From assembly GCA_048013815.1 (NCBI GenBank), contig CM106585.1:682001-746000 (forward strand): a stretch of DNA of 64,000 nucleotides, written 5' to 3'. The position numbers and the translations under genes are program-made. Under the pieces are notes generated by a model, which was not told where the DNA came from, made no database searches, and saw only the letters and a program-made list of their open reading frames with translations. Origin of the DNA: Setoptus koraiensis. Its lineage: Eukaryota; Animalia; Arthropoda. Below are positions 13,001 to 26,422 of this stretch, piece by piece (within the stretch, counting starts at the first letter, position 1; each line of letters begins with the position of its first letter).

Positions 13001-16000
13001 GATAACTTCCTAATTGTTAACGAGAGCTTACCATCCTGACTCAATTCTGTAACGTATCCTTTGGATACAGCTTCAGAGGCAGAAGCCTCTTTGATGCAAC
13101 TCATTGGTGGCTGATTGGCCACAATCGGTGCAGGTGTAGGTTGAGTTGCGGGCGAAGGCGTAGGTAAAGTTATAGGAGTGACCACAGGCGCAGATGTAAT
13201 TACAGTTTGAGTATTAATAGCAGCAACTGTCGCAGGGACAGCAGGTTGGTGATTAGTATCAACTTGACCTGGGCATATTTTATCGGGCTCATTGGCAGAT
13301 AGAGTTATTTTCTGTGTCAATGATTCCACCTGAATTGGTTCTATCACGGGTACCGCAGGCTTCGGTAATGGTGCTGGTGTTACAGTAGGACTTACAACTA
13401 CCTCACAAGGTGCCGGTGGTTGTTTAGATTGGATGACCGAGTCTGGAATGTTATCCTTGGCCTGCAAGACAGTTGGCGGGCCCACTGGTGTTACCGGCAC
13501 CGGAGCAACTTCCAGCACACTACCTGATCTAGGTGTAGATATCGGTGTTGGTTTTGTGGGAGGACTAACACTGGCTGGTGGAAGTTCTGCCGTGATGGTT
13601 GAGATGACAGGAACAGGTTCGTTCACTTTAGCCACAACACAAGGAGACACTTGGCCTGAGATAACACTCAACAAATTTTCTGAGGCTCGAGGAGAAACAG
13701 ATGCCGATTTCGAAGTTGCGACAACTGGTGCATCGCTCGGTTTTCCATGGTCCCTGTTGTTCTTCTTTGGTGGACCGGTCCCGTCTTCATCGTCAGAATC
13801 ACGAAATTCAAATACATCATAGGGTGAAAGTGATGTCTTTTGAGCACCATGCAGACCCATGTCGTTGGTGTTGATTTGTAAAGACAAAGTAATTCTCTCT
13901 TTAGCTGAGTTAGAGGCCTCTGAAATAGCTTGATTAATTGCCAAGGATGATGGTGTTACGTTATTTGCCGTATTTTGTGATAATACACAAGGACCTTGTT
14001 GATTGGCTTGCTTCTTCTTGCGGCCGCGTTTCACGCGTTTCATATCTTGCCGAGTGGTATCATCACCCTCCTCGCCGTCATCAGTGAGCTGGTTTTTGGT
14101 TCCGGAGTTCTCCAATGCAGAAGACTTAGGTGCGGCAAGCACGGCAGCAGCAGTAGAATCAGGCATCTGAATGCTCTGATTATTCTCATCACCCAGTGCT
14201 TTGGTGACAGCTTGAACTTGATATTGATGAATATCATGCTTGCCATCAGTTTGATCGGTTTTCAATCCACGCCTGGAAATCTTAATACGCTTAACAGGGG
14301 GGCTGAGACTAGAGTCGTTAATTTGATCTTTTGTTGAGCTCAAATTAACGGTGAGATCATCATTAATAGCTGTTGCCGGCTGAAGACATTCTGCTGGAGT
14401 GCTTTGGGGCATTTGCTTCTTCGTTTTCCTACTAGATATTCTATTGTTAATCTTTGATTCAAACATTGGCATTTTGTCATTGTTGATATTATCACCTGAA
14501 AATTGTATTTCTTGTATATTCGTCGAGTCAGTTGGAAGATCTATCGAGATGGGCTTCGGTGCAATAGTGGTAACTGTCTCTTTGAGAGTCGGTACATTAA
14601 TAGAGGACAGATTTGGTTGAGATATTTTTAGTAGTTCACTGTGCTCGATAGTGTGATCATTCTTATGGGATTGTTGTTCATCGGGTAAATCAATGCTTGG
14701 ATTAACTGCCTTAGTAGTTGGAGGGGAGGGCAATAGTGAGGGAGTGCGGATTGTTGCACCCTTATTGTTTGTGTCCGAGCTGAGTTTAGGAAACAATTCA
14801 TTGATTGAATCAACAGTAGATTCTGTTTGAGCAATAATAATAGGTGATACCAATGGCGTCTTAGGAGCGTTGGTCAAAGCAGGCGGTGAGGCTATTGACA
14901 TAGCTTTTCTTGCCGCGACTGTAGTGAAACGGTGAGCGGTTAGAGCCTGAGAATGTTGCACTTTGTTTACATCTTCGCACTTGCTATTGATTTCTGCCTT
15001 TACATTACATGTTTGCAACAGCGCAATGGGTTGCTTTTCTTTTTCGATTGCAATATCTTGGGGAGATTTTTCCTGAAACTCAGTTTTGACGCGCAATGGC
15101 ACTTCTTTAGCATCCAACTCGTTGGGAATGACAGCCTGAGTTGGTTTGGTAGCAACATTTATGGTGCTGACCTTCTCAGATTGCTCGTTGGAGGCCGAAC
15201 TAGATTTTCTACTTGCAGCTGTGATGACCTTACTGCGAGGCGAGTGCTGCAGCTGATGCTGGTCACCAACTGGACACACCGGCGACGATGGCGAAAACAA
15301 TTTAGAGTTGATGGTTGGAGTTACTTGTTGCAAGAGAAGACTACTAGTAGCCGGTGACACTTTTGGTGTTAAATGTTTTGGTGTGCCCTCCAATCTGTTT
15401 TCTTGCTGATGGTGATGATGATTATGATGATAGGCTGGTGTATCATTAGATGTGGGTACAATTATAGTGAGAGGTTTTGGACTATGAATCTTAGCCACAG
15501 CTTGAGACACTTTCGGTGACAGCGATAAATTTGTCTTGGTAGGTGAAAGAAGGGGTGATGCCTGAGAAATTGATTTCTGGACAATTGAGGGTTTTGCAAA
15601 TGAATTTTCATCTTTCGCTGTGACTGGTTGCGCAGATTTTGCAGACTTTACCGTTGGTGAAGACTGAGCTTTGGGTGTTAGTTCGCAAGTACTATTAACT
15701 AGTACAGTTAACTGGTCATTGAGCGAATCAATGGTCTTCATTGTGTCATCTTTTGCCAGAATTCTAGGAACAAGGTCTGAGTAGTTTGGTGAATGGACAA
15801 TAGGTGATTTCTTGCTGGGTAGCTGGGTTACCGGTGGCATCGGTTCATCGTCATCATTCATTTCCATTAATAAAGCCGATACAGCTTGCTCTGTTTCCAT
15901 TTTCCGCTGGTCATCTATCTCATTAGCGGCCTTTGTGACAAAACTGACCTGAGTATTAAGCGAATCCAAAGGTCGATTGGCTAATTCAAAAGAAGCCGCT

Positions 16001-19000
16001 GGGTTGTATGTTGATGATTTTATCACGTCTGATGATTGATCAGGAGCAGTTACGATATCGGGTACACCACGAATGCTTGTGGAATCTGCATTGAGAACAG
16101 GCTGCACAGCTTTCCTTGGACTTAGCAGCTCCTCGAAGGGATTAGATTGAGGCTTCTGAGATGACAGAGGAACTATTGCTGGTGGTGGTGGCAAGATGGA
16201 ATGCCAGGGTTCGGATGTGCGGGACATGAACTCTTCGAGACGTCGACTCTCTATATTGGCCTCATCTTCGAATCTTCGATTAGAGGGATTAGCACCATCA
16301 ATATCACTTGTAGACAATGGCTTGGATGGACTAAGACTGCCAAAGCGATCTAAGGGCGATGCAGGGGGAGAAAGTTGAGGCGAATTACCACTTGTTGCAT
16401 CTCCAATGCGACCTGCAGCCTCAGCAACAACCGCGGACAGTTCAGCATCTTCGTCATCATCATCGTCAGAATGAATTTGTGGAATCGTTGGTTTTAAAAG
16501 TTTGTTCTGTTCGACAATACTTGAACAAGTTTTGCTGGTCGATGCAGATGAGCTAGATGTCTTGGTTGGCGATAAGCTTGCCGTCGATAACGAGGTCTTG
16601 TTCGGTAATATAGAATTTCTCAGAGCAGCGGCGGCTTTCTGATTTTTCCTGGACATATACTTGCCGGGATTCCTTAATCGACGCAATTTAGCCCTCATTT
16701 CTTGAGTCTTCTTATCTCTGAATATGATATTGTTGGTTTTCTTTTGAACGGTTCGAGGGGGCTCTTTGGGTTTTTCTGCCTTTGTCAACGTGTTTGTTTT
16801 CTTGGGGATTTCTTCCGCTTTCTCTGGTTTCTTCAACGGTTGTTTCTGAGGTTGTTTCAGAGGTTGCTTTGGAGGTTGTTTCGAGGGCTGCTTCAACGGT
16901 TGTTTTACCGGTTGCTTGCCTTTATTCACCATTACGTTCTTGGTCTTCAAGGGTGATTTGTCGTTTTGAGCCGATGATGTCGAGCTGCTTGAATCACTAT
17001 CACTAGAACTATCACTGCTGCTGCTACTATCGCTGCTGCTTTCACCATTACTACTATCACTGCTGCTGCTGCTGCTGCTTTCGCTGGAGCTATCACTAAG
17101 GTTGACACAAGGTTTATTTGCAATCTTGGAGCTGCCACCGCGAGTGATGTTACTATCATCATCAAATTTACGAGACGAGGAGCTCGTAGTATCTTTCTGA
17201 TTCGAAGAAACAGTCTTAGATGGGCTAAAACTACCAAAAGGATCTAAGGGCGACGCAGGTAGTTGAGGTGAGTGTTCACTTGTAGCATCTTCAATGTGAC
17301 CAGTCGCTGCAGCTACAACTGCTGACAATTCAGCATCTTCATCTTCCTCATCTTCAGCATCATTATCACGGTCATCATCTGCATCATTACCACCGTCATC
17401 ATCATCGTCGTCGTCATCATCATCGTCGTCGTCGTCATCGTCATCATCGTCGTCGTCGTCTTCTTCGTCGTCATCGTCGTCATCATCATCAATAAGCTTG
17501 CGGTGTTTGCTACGATCAGCTTTGCGGGAGGCAACAGTATTTTTGGCAGACCTGGAGCTACCTTGTATTTTAGCATTTGCTCTGTTGGCGCTTGATCGAG
17601 CTTTGACCGTGTCATACATCGAGAGATATATTGGAGGCTCAGAATTAGTTGCACTTGAAGTAGTTGTTGTGGATCTTCTACCTTTTGTTGATGTAGATTT
17701 TCTAGCTTTTGTTGATGAGGTTTTCGACTTGGTCGGCGTAGTTGGTGCTGACGGTGTTGACTTAGATAATTTTGTTGACTTTGATGATGTTGCTGACTCT
17801 GATAAATTTCTCAGCTTTGTTGGTGCTGGTTTTACCGATGCTGTTGATGTGGCTGGTGTGGACGACGTGGACGACGTGGACGATGAAGACGATGTAGTGG
17901 ATGTGGTAGATGTGGTTGATATTGTGGATGTCGTCGATGCCGGGGATGCCGTAGATGCTTTGGGGATCGTGGATGTTGTAAATGTTGTGGTCGTTGAGGT
18001 TGTTGTAGACGTCGTTGGTGTTGTGGGTGCCGTGGATGTTGTAAATGTTGGAGAAGTTATAGACGCTGACGACGTTGCAGTTGTCGTTGGTGTTGTGGGT
18101 GCTGTAGGTGTTGTAGTAAATGTTGAAGGAGTTGTTGGTGTTGTAGGTGCTGTGGAGGTTGCAGTTTTAGAGGTAGTTACAGCTGTAGTTTGTGAGGGGG
18201 TCGTTGGAGTTGATGGAGTGTTCAATGAACTCTTTTTCTTGATGGTAAATCTACTATAATCAATGGCAGGTGTGACTGGCGTCATTGGGGTCGATGGCGT
18301 AGTCGAACTGAGACTAGATATTGATGAGGACGGATGATATCTGCTTCCTATTGATGAAAATAATTTAGGTAACTGAGAGGCGCTCATGGGACAGGTAGAC
18401 TTGTGAGTGGGCCTCAATGGGGTTGCGGTGTCCTTTAAATCGACTTCAGAATTAGATTCAAATGTGTCATCTGCAAAAGACTTATTGTTATCACCACCAC
18501 CACAACTGCTTCTACTGCTACTGAGAGGGCTCATAATAGTGCTCTTAGGTGATGACTGTTGATGGACAGTGGTGCTTGATGTCATCGCTTTTTCCTTAGC
18601 TATCATGTGAGGTAATAGTGCTATAGCGAACTCTGGCAATGGTAAACTCACATAATGATCTGTCGGTTTTATTTTAATAGATGTCGTTTGCACTGTCAAT
18701 GTTCTATTTGTAGTATTTATACCACAAGCAGAGGGGTTTGCCTTCTTACATGAGGCCAATAGATCAGCATCACTAGATGATGATACCTCACTGGAACTCT
18801 GGTCCTCAAGTCTAGGTGTAGTAGAATCGACTAGATTAGTAGAAGAGGTAACTTTTATTGTATCACCTGAAATATGATCATAGGTTGAGATCTTAGTGAA
18901 TGCAAGATACCTATTGGATTCTTTTGTCTTATGATTAAGGGCAGTGCTCAATTTTGAAAGTCTGGGGTCAATAATATTGGAGTTTATGGTTGGCAATCTA

Positions 19001-19774
19001 GCGTCTACAACTCGGACTTTGTCTTTGTCATCCTGTTTTATTTGAGACTTTGATGATTTTTGTCCGTGTCCCGTTTTAGCGTAAATACTATTCGCGGGCA
19101 ATGGGTAACGGGGGGTTATAGTTGTTGTTGTTGTTGTAGTTGTAGTTGTTGTTTTTTGACATGCGTCAGCTACTTGCACCTGATTATTATTGCTTGTAGG
19201 TTCCACACAAGCAAGTAGACGCTTTTTGCGCTCCAGAACATCATTATTTAAACTGGGTCCGCCATTACTAGTTACTAGGGGGCTATCATTTATATGCTCA
19301 GAAGACCTTCTTCTCCAATGGTAGGCACTTGGTTTGTGTCCATAAGAACCATTACTATCTTTAACATATTGTCGATAGAGGCCAGCTGAGTTAGTCCCAG
19401 ATAAATTTGAGTGCTGTTGATGATAATGAGACGAAGAATGTCGTTGGGGATGATTACGATGGTGATAGTGATCCGAGATCATGTGATCGGATTCATTGTC
19501 CACTTGGGTGAGTGAAAATGTCCGGCTTCGTTCCGGTATATTTGTTGTTGATGATGAGGATGACATGGATGAAGTTCTAACATAGGGACTGCTGCTACGG
19601 TGATGAGATGCTGACGATGAGTGCATATTGTGATGAGTATCACGCTCACGAAAATCACTGCGACGATCATCTCGGATAAATTGATCGCGTTCCCTATGGC
19701 GATCGCGTTCCCTGTCGCGGGGTTCCCGGTCGCGATCGCGCTCCCTATCCCTGCTGTGAATCATATATCTATCC
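10063..19774 (-). CDS. spen: split ends / SPEN (SHARP/MINT) orthologue, large terminal exon (9712 nt) with C-terminal SPOC domain
   Basis: The 3244-aa ORF ends in a clear large-SPEN SPOC domain (KFPVAW..MKN..ATVQMHFVSG, QRMRLEPSQLDGVQRKM, HCMLLAVPTGRD, FIDYFQSKQAAGIVNV, YIIHIFPTCQF, APDLL, HLFIVITTV). RD/RE-rich start. Internal blocks ERKKRLL, SMYDTVKARS, EQAVSALL and DVFEFRDSDDE recall arthropod Spen. The track start is a TTG; a splice acceptor TATTATTATCACAG lies at 19775-19776. Confidence 0.93.
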
Positions 19775-20403
19775 CTGTGATAATAATATATATACAAAAA
19801 TAGTTGTTGTCAGATAAATTGTTGGTTATTTTGCGAGCACCATTATTTGTAAGTGTGGACGAGGTTGCATTGCAAGAGGAAAGGATAAATGATGATGATG
19901 ATGAATAAAAATCTATCGCTTGTTGCCAGCATTTTGGCGACTTTCAATGGCTGGGCTCTGGCTCTGGATGGCTCAACGAACATAGCAAATTCTGCAGTTG
20001 ACTCGCTGCTATGCTTTCCAGGGTGCATTTTCTCATTTGAACAGTCAACGTTAGTCCGCCGGCACACACTCGCTATACTGGCGCGGCCGTACTATTAGGC
20101 GCTGCATTGGTGTGCTGCAGCAAACGACGCTCTCGCAAGCCCAAAGAGGCGCTTAAACAAGCGGCACACGCGCTCTTTTCTGCGCTCTGCGCATATGTGC
20201 GGCGCAATTTTGTGTGTTTGGCTGCGATAAATGCTCTCCTCACCCGAAACATTCGGCAGCATTCGTTTGCAGCAAATGCAGCAAGCGCCGCCACAGACAC
20301 AGATACAGTTTTAGCTCTGCTGGCGCTGGAGCCGCTGTGCAATTTTAGTTCTTTCACACGCATGCAAGCCAAGCGATCGGTCGCCGGCCAATCGACAACG
20401 ACA

Positions 20404-20411
20404 GTGTGTGT

Positions 20412-20460
<49 letters not shown>
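20404..20460. repeat. (GT)n microsatellite, ~28 units
   Basis: Direct reading. It generates the spurious CV/HT-repeat ORFs in the track. Confidence 0.95.
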
Positions 20461-20463
<3 letters not shown>

Positions 20464-23400
20464 AGCTGGTGTGTTTCGCTGCCACACAACACACACAGTT
20501 CGCTATTTCGAAATGTTCTACTGCTGCTGTTGCTGCTGCTGTGTTGTTCTGTGTGTGTGTGTGAGTGTGCGTGTTGTTGCGGCGCTCTATTCACATCACA
20601 CAGCGGCGTCAGCAGCAGTGTGTGTTGTTGTTGTGCTGGCGCCGATGGTCTCACAAGGTGACTAGTTCAAGAGACGCCCGCAAGAGGCGCTGAGAGAGAG
20701 CCAAAAAGCAGACGTGTGTGTGTGGAGTGTCTCGCAAAACGTTCATTTTCACTGGATTTATTCTCTCATGCACACACTGCACCACAGATTGCAGTTGCAG
20801 CACACACAAATCACACAGCTCATTTCACTCACATAGTGGCGTCCACTGACGACAACGCAGACCTGGCCCCATGTTCGTTGCCGGCATCGCCGTTTAGTGT
20901 ATAAATATAGCAACTGCTGTTGACCGCGTTGTGCTGCAGTTCACAACAGCAACAACAACATCAGCAACAACAACACCGCTACTACGACGACGCCGTTTAC
21001 CGTTGCACAGAAAACGGCGAATCGGCACAAAAGCACACTCTGTGCCTACTGCTCAATTGCTGGCTGGCGGGCGGCAATAGCAACGTTGCGTTAGTTGGTA
21101 ATATCACCAATGGTGATTCACCATCGTCGTTGTAGGCAAATCATTGGCTAGAGAAGCAAACGTCAAAGTTCATCTCACCAGGGATGTTGCGTCGTCAGAT
21201 TATTTCGATATATTCAGTCTATACAGTCTAGACAGATGAGATTAGATCATGATATCAAATAGCAAGCTCATGAGTGGTGGCATTGTGCGATCATGACAGC
21301 GAGTAAGTCTAGCGGGAAAAGAGAGAATTGCCTGATCATCTAGTTGAGGCCATCTCAAGTGATACATCTTGAGAATAACACGAGGAAATCACACACAAGA
21401 TGTAGCCGTGTGAATAAGATGTGTTAGTGTAAAAGTGTCAGAATAGCAAACAACAACAAGAGATTGTTGTTTATTTTCAGGCTGTTTGCTGCACTTGAAT
21501 CGGATTCGCAAGATGTCAACAGACGTGCAACAAGCAATTTCGGTTGCCACTTTCCTCTATTACTACACCACCATCTGTTGTATGCTACTGATAATGGCGC
21601 TAATTACACAACAATACATCCTTAAATAGATTGTCTTATGTTACATAAGCAAAAAAACATTAACGGATCAACACAACCACCATCATTAATGCAATCAAGA
21701 CAAAGCGGCCATTGTCTCCTAATGTTAAAACAATACCATTTTGGCTGTCCAATCGTGACGAAAGAAACACCAAATGTTTACAGTTTACACTATCGGTCGA
21801 GAATGCACTACAGTGGCATTTGTGTCGTCATTGCATCACTGACTATCTATATATATATAGATATGTGTATATATATAACAGTATCTATTTATATTAGTAA
21901 GCCTATAGGTTGGTTGATGTAGCCAGGTTGCACCACTAGAACCGTTGATAGTCATCATCATCATTGTCGTTGTTGTTGTTTGAGGTAAATTGGTGGCACA
22001 CAAACACACCGTAAATAAATAACATCCAAAAATGTATACAAACAACACACAAAAGGGGATGAGTCCAGATTAACCTAGATATCATCATGACTCGTTATAG
22101 ATAAATCGTTGCTGTTGTTGTTGCAAACACTTCTAGTCTAGACCGACAAACACCAAGGTAGAGTGTATTTAGAGTGTTTTTGGACCATCATATGTTGTGC
22201 ACATTATAATGCATTTGCTATATATAAATATATATCAAATATATATATAGTGGTAATTAGTTAACTATCGAATACACTTTGGCGATCACGATTCGAAACG
22301 TGTTAATGGTGTTGCTTGATTATAATGATGATGAAATTATACTAAATGTGTTCGAATTCGAATTAAATTTAAAAACTTTAGTACTACTATTAAATTACAA
22401 TTGTAATAGTAGTGTGCTGCGAATAAAATGTGGCAAAGTTTGATTGGTCTGTGGTGATGACGATGACATCTATTCCTTTTAAATTTCGTGAGGAGAAAAA
22501 GTAAATTTGCTCGATTCACTGTAATAAGCAGACTGATAACAATTGTCTATCAATTATCTATTGAGAAACATGTGTAGATGCGACGACGATAAGGATAATG
22601 ATCACGAGAAGAATGTGAGAATAAAAATAAAAATAAAATTGTTACGTCGTCAGTTATTCTTGGAATGTGCGGCTTCCCAACAGTTATCTGTGCAACACTG
22701 TCTACTATAAGCTATTATCTAGGCTAAGGACAATGTCATATGACGAGGCTCGTTATTATTGTTGCTAGGCTCGCCAAACGGATTCAATCATCCTTGAAAT
22801 CATCTTGGTCTTAATCTGATAGATCGAAGGCTCGCCTTGTCGGGAGCGATAAGTCGTTAATTGGTGTTGTCATTGTTTCCTCTGGCAAATTGATTGCGTA
22901 GCCCATTACGTCACTTGTGTACAGAAACCAACGACACTGTCAGTGTTCATATCAATGAGTAATCATTGCGTGTGTTCCCCGAGCAATGATTATGGATGAT
23001 CCACTTGTCACATAAGTTTAATTGCACACATTGGACACAGATAAACTGAGAACGAGGAGTGTGTAGATGGCAAAAAAATACATCAGCCAGCTTTGCTAGA
23101 ACGGACATCGCTGGAACGGATTGCAAAGGACCCCTGAACAGGGCAGGGAGAGGGATTAAGTGCACTGAGTGGTCGTTGTGCAACAACATTGATTGAAATG
23201 TCCTAGGGTTAAGAATGATTGACTTGAGTGCACTAGCACTTAATCGAAGCCAGCTCTCATACGCGTTATTGCGAGCCAAAATTGATCAATAATGATCAAA
23301 CTCGGTGTGTGTCGCGCTTGTCAAGGCAGGCCGCTAACAAGCACCGACGTAATGACCGAGTTGGGGCCCCGCGCAGGGCAAAACTGTGCGTTTGCTGCAT

Positions 23401-25116
23401 CTAATAATTATAGCAATACCCTTATTTACACCGTTTCCATTAATTAGAGTGTCAGTAGTTGAATATGGGGGCCATTAGGTTATGCTAATAGCACAACCAA
23501 CGTGTTGACAGTAAACAACAAACAAACAATATATTTGATGTTGTGTCTGACATGTTTTGGTATGAGCGGTGGTGTTAGTGGTGGCAACAAGTAAGCCCCG
23601 GTTGTATCAGTTGGCCAGCTAGTGGCTGTAGTCGTGTTAATACAGTAGTTAGTTTGTGTAGTTAGTGAGTTGTTGTTAGGCCAAGATAAGCATTGGAAAT
23701 TGTTATTACATAGGTGGTGGTGGTGACAATTGTCAGCAGGCCAGTAGCCAGTAGCGAGACAAGAGAGCAAGACAAAAGGATAAATGGAAATTCTTTATCC
23801 ATTTCGCTGCCAGTCTTGCCATTGTTTACATTTAATTGTAGTGGCATGACCAACAACAGCAACAATATCAAACACAGACATGGCACTTGCACCGATAAAC
23901 AAAACACTATTTATGTGACAATTAGCCTATTATAACATTATAACACGCCTGGTCGACGCTTCCTCTACATTGTCCAGAGAGTTTTTCAAATTTTCCGTTC
24001 GTTCCTCATTGTTGCTGTTGTTGTTGCCCTGGCTTGTCGAGTGGTAGAGCCATGCTACCACTACCAGTACTACTAGTATTATTATTATTACTAATACTAC
24101 TACATCAACTAATACTCACATACAACAACGACTAACAAGCAGACAGGCAAGCAGGCAGGCCGGCCGGTCGACCGGCCGGCTAAGTCGAAGGCCGATGACA
24201 GCGCTGTTACAATCAATTAGATCATCTTGCACAGCCAGCCCGTAGTAGAAAATTTAATCGCATTAGCGGCTCACAAAGATGTTGCTCGATGGGTCGTCTG
24301 TCTTGCCAGATAAATATTGCCAATATATCTATATAGACACAGATATCTATTTTGGGCGATTCTAGATGAATGAGAGATAGTCATCGCGAGCCGCCGATCA
24401 AACGGATAGATATGGTGTGATTATCAATAAGTATCTGTTGTCGCTTGGGTGCTTATCTGTTTGTCTCAATGGCTGACTGTGTGTCTGTCACTACGAGCTA
24501 CTTATCTGGCTCAATATCTGTACAGATGTGTTATATCTAGATCACATCTCATAGTTAAGATGATACATACACACTCACATAGATAGGCAGATATTGTTAT
24601 CTCGGTAGTGGCGCCTAACTTTTAAGAGACTCTTACAATTCAAGAGACCTGGAGAAAAGGATAAATGCATCTCTGGTGGGTTTTCTCCGCTTCAAACGTC
24701 CTCCCCTCCCCCGTACGAATTTTCGCAGCAGCACCATCAACAACAACACCAACAACAACAACGGAGGCTGTAAAATAAACTCCGATAGCAATCGTCTTGT
24801 TATTATCTAGGCTGGTGCTGCTGTCAAGACTCTAGTAATGGCAACAACAATGCTACTACCAGTGTGTGTGTCAGCGGCAATAGTAATCTCTCAAGAGGCA
24901 ACTGTCTAAGCGAGCGGGTCTTGCGCGGCGCCAGAACGTCATAAGAGTGGCACGTTGATATAAACAACAACAACAACAACAACAACATAGTTGATAGCGT
25001 GAACTCTGTCTACGACTTGTCACTTGTTACTTTTTGATTACAAGTCTGTGTGTACTCAATGATACAGTTACCCTACACAGTAATTAGTTGCGACAATCGA
25101 CAAAACGCGAGCACCC

Positions 25117-25151
25117 TATATAAGGGGCTCTCGCGATATTGTTCGTCAATT
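25117..25151 (+). promoter_or_regulatory. Probable MIOX core promoter: TATA box plus Inr-like element
   Basis: TATATAA at 25117-25123, flanked by GC-rich imperfect inverted arms. TCAATT (near arthropod Inr TCAKTY) lies 29 nt later, ~155 nt before the MIOX ATG. Confidence 0.5.
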
Positions 25152-25303
25152 AGTAACCAACAACTCAACACAACAAACCAACTAACAATACGACTAACAA
25201 CAAACAACAAACACTGATCAGACAAGTCTCAAAGACATTTTTAAACAAATCAAATTGCATTATTAAAGTAAATTACAGTAATATACAAGCAAAGTACAAA
25301 GCA

Positions 25304-25534
25304 ATGGCCTATGTAATATCTTGCCAAGGTGAATCGTTTAGCTGTTGTGAGGATAACTGCCAACAGCAGCAACATCGAAGCGACGGACAATGCAAGCACA
25401 AGCACGACAATGATCGCGACTCGCCAAGCCCACAAGAGGAACAAGATTGCGTTGTTATGCTGGACCCCTCAGAGCACTTCCGGCCCGAAAATGGAAAGGC
25501 TGTGGAGGAGTTTAGGCGCTACAGCGACGATCAG
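25304..25534 (+). CDS. MIOX: myo-inositol oxygenase, exon 1
   Basis: ATG 25304. Encodes MLDPSEHFRPE...EEFRRYSDDQ, like the MIOX N-terminus. Phase-0 donor CAG|GTAAGT at 25535. Confidence 0.85.
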
Positions 25535-25657
25535 GTAAGTTACGGTGACGATTACAGTTGATCAATTAAAATGTTACTCAATATTACTCAATCGTGTATT
25601 AATTGTGTCAAATTGTGTGGTTGCCAATTTAAAATTATAAATTCCTTGTAAACACAG

Positions 25658-26422
25658 GAGGACTACATTCAGAAACGCGTGCGCCAAACCTACAGACTGA
25701 TGCACAAGTATCAAACGGTGGACTTTGTCACTAGCAAAATAAACCATTGGTGCCAATTCAATCATTGTCAATTGACCATTATGGACGCACTAGTTAAATT
25801 GAACAATTTAATTGACGAGTCCGACCCAGACAGCGATCTGCCCAACATTGTGCACGCATTCCAAACGGCCGAACGTATTCGTGCCGTTCACCCCAAACAC
25901 GATTGGTTTCATTTAGTGGGCCTCATACACGACTTAGGCAAAGTGATGGCATTGTGGGGCGAAGAACAATGGGCAGTGGTTGGCGACACTTTTCCAGTTG
26001 GCTGTGCTTACGGGGACAGTATTGTTTACAGATCGACATCGTTTCATGACAATCCCGATCTGACAAACACTCGTTACAACACAAAATTTGGCATTTATCA
26101 ACCACAGTGCGGCTTAGATAATGTACTAATATCATGGGGTCACGACGAATACATGTACCGTGTACTTAAAAATCATCCATTGTGCACCATTCCAGAGGTG
26201 GGCCTCAAAATAATAAGATTGCATTCGTTGTACCCGTGGCACAGAGGCGGCGATTACAATCACTTGTGCAACGACGACGATTTTGAAATGTTGCCCTGGA
26301 TAAACGAATTCAACAAATTTGACCTGTACACTAAATCGGCGCCCGTGCCCGACATTGAACAATTGAGACCGTACTATCAATCGTTAATTGACAAATACTG
26401 TCCAGGAACATTGAGATGGTAA
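25658..26422 (+). CDS. MIOX: myo-inositol oxygenase, exon 2 (331 aa total)
   Basis: Acceptor AAACACAG|GAG after a 123-nt intron. Motifs RVRQTYRLMH, DESDPD, HAFQTAERIR, LIHDLGKV, VVGDTFPVGC, SWGHDEYMY, HSLYPWH and FNKFDLYTKS include the di-iron ligands of MIOX. Confidence 0.96.
   Translation, partial: EDYIQKRVRQTYRLMHKYQTVDFVTSKINHWCQFNHCQLTIMDALVKLNNLIDESDPDSDLPNIVHAFQTAERIRAVHPKHDWFHLVGLIHDLGKVMALWGEEQWAVVGDTFPVGCAYGDSIVYRSTSFHDNPDLTNTRYNTKFGIYQPQCGLDNVLISWGHDEYMYRVLKNHPLCTIPEVGLKIIRLHSLYPWHRGGDYNHLCNDDDFEMLPWINEFNKFDLYTKSAPVPDIEQLRPYYQSLIDKYCPGTLRW

Noticed and set aside
17498-18259. 253-aa V/D-rich + strand ORF, plus the many other short ORFs overlapping 10063-19797
   Set aside because: Antisense or shifted-frame shadows of the Thr/Ser-rich spen exon.
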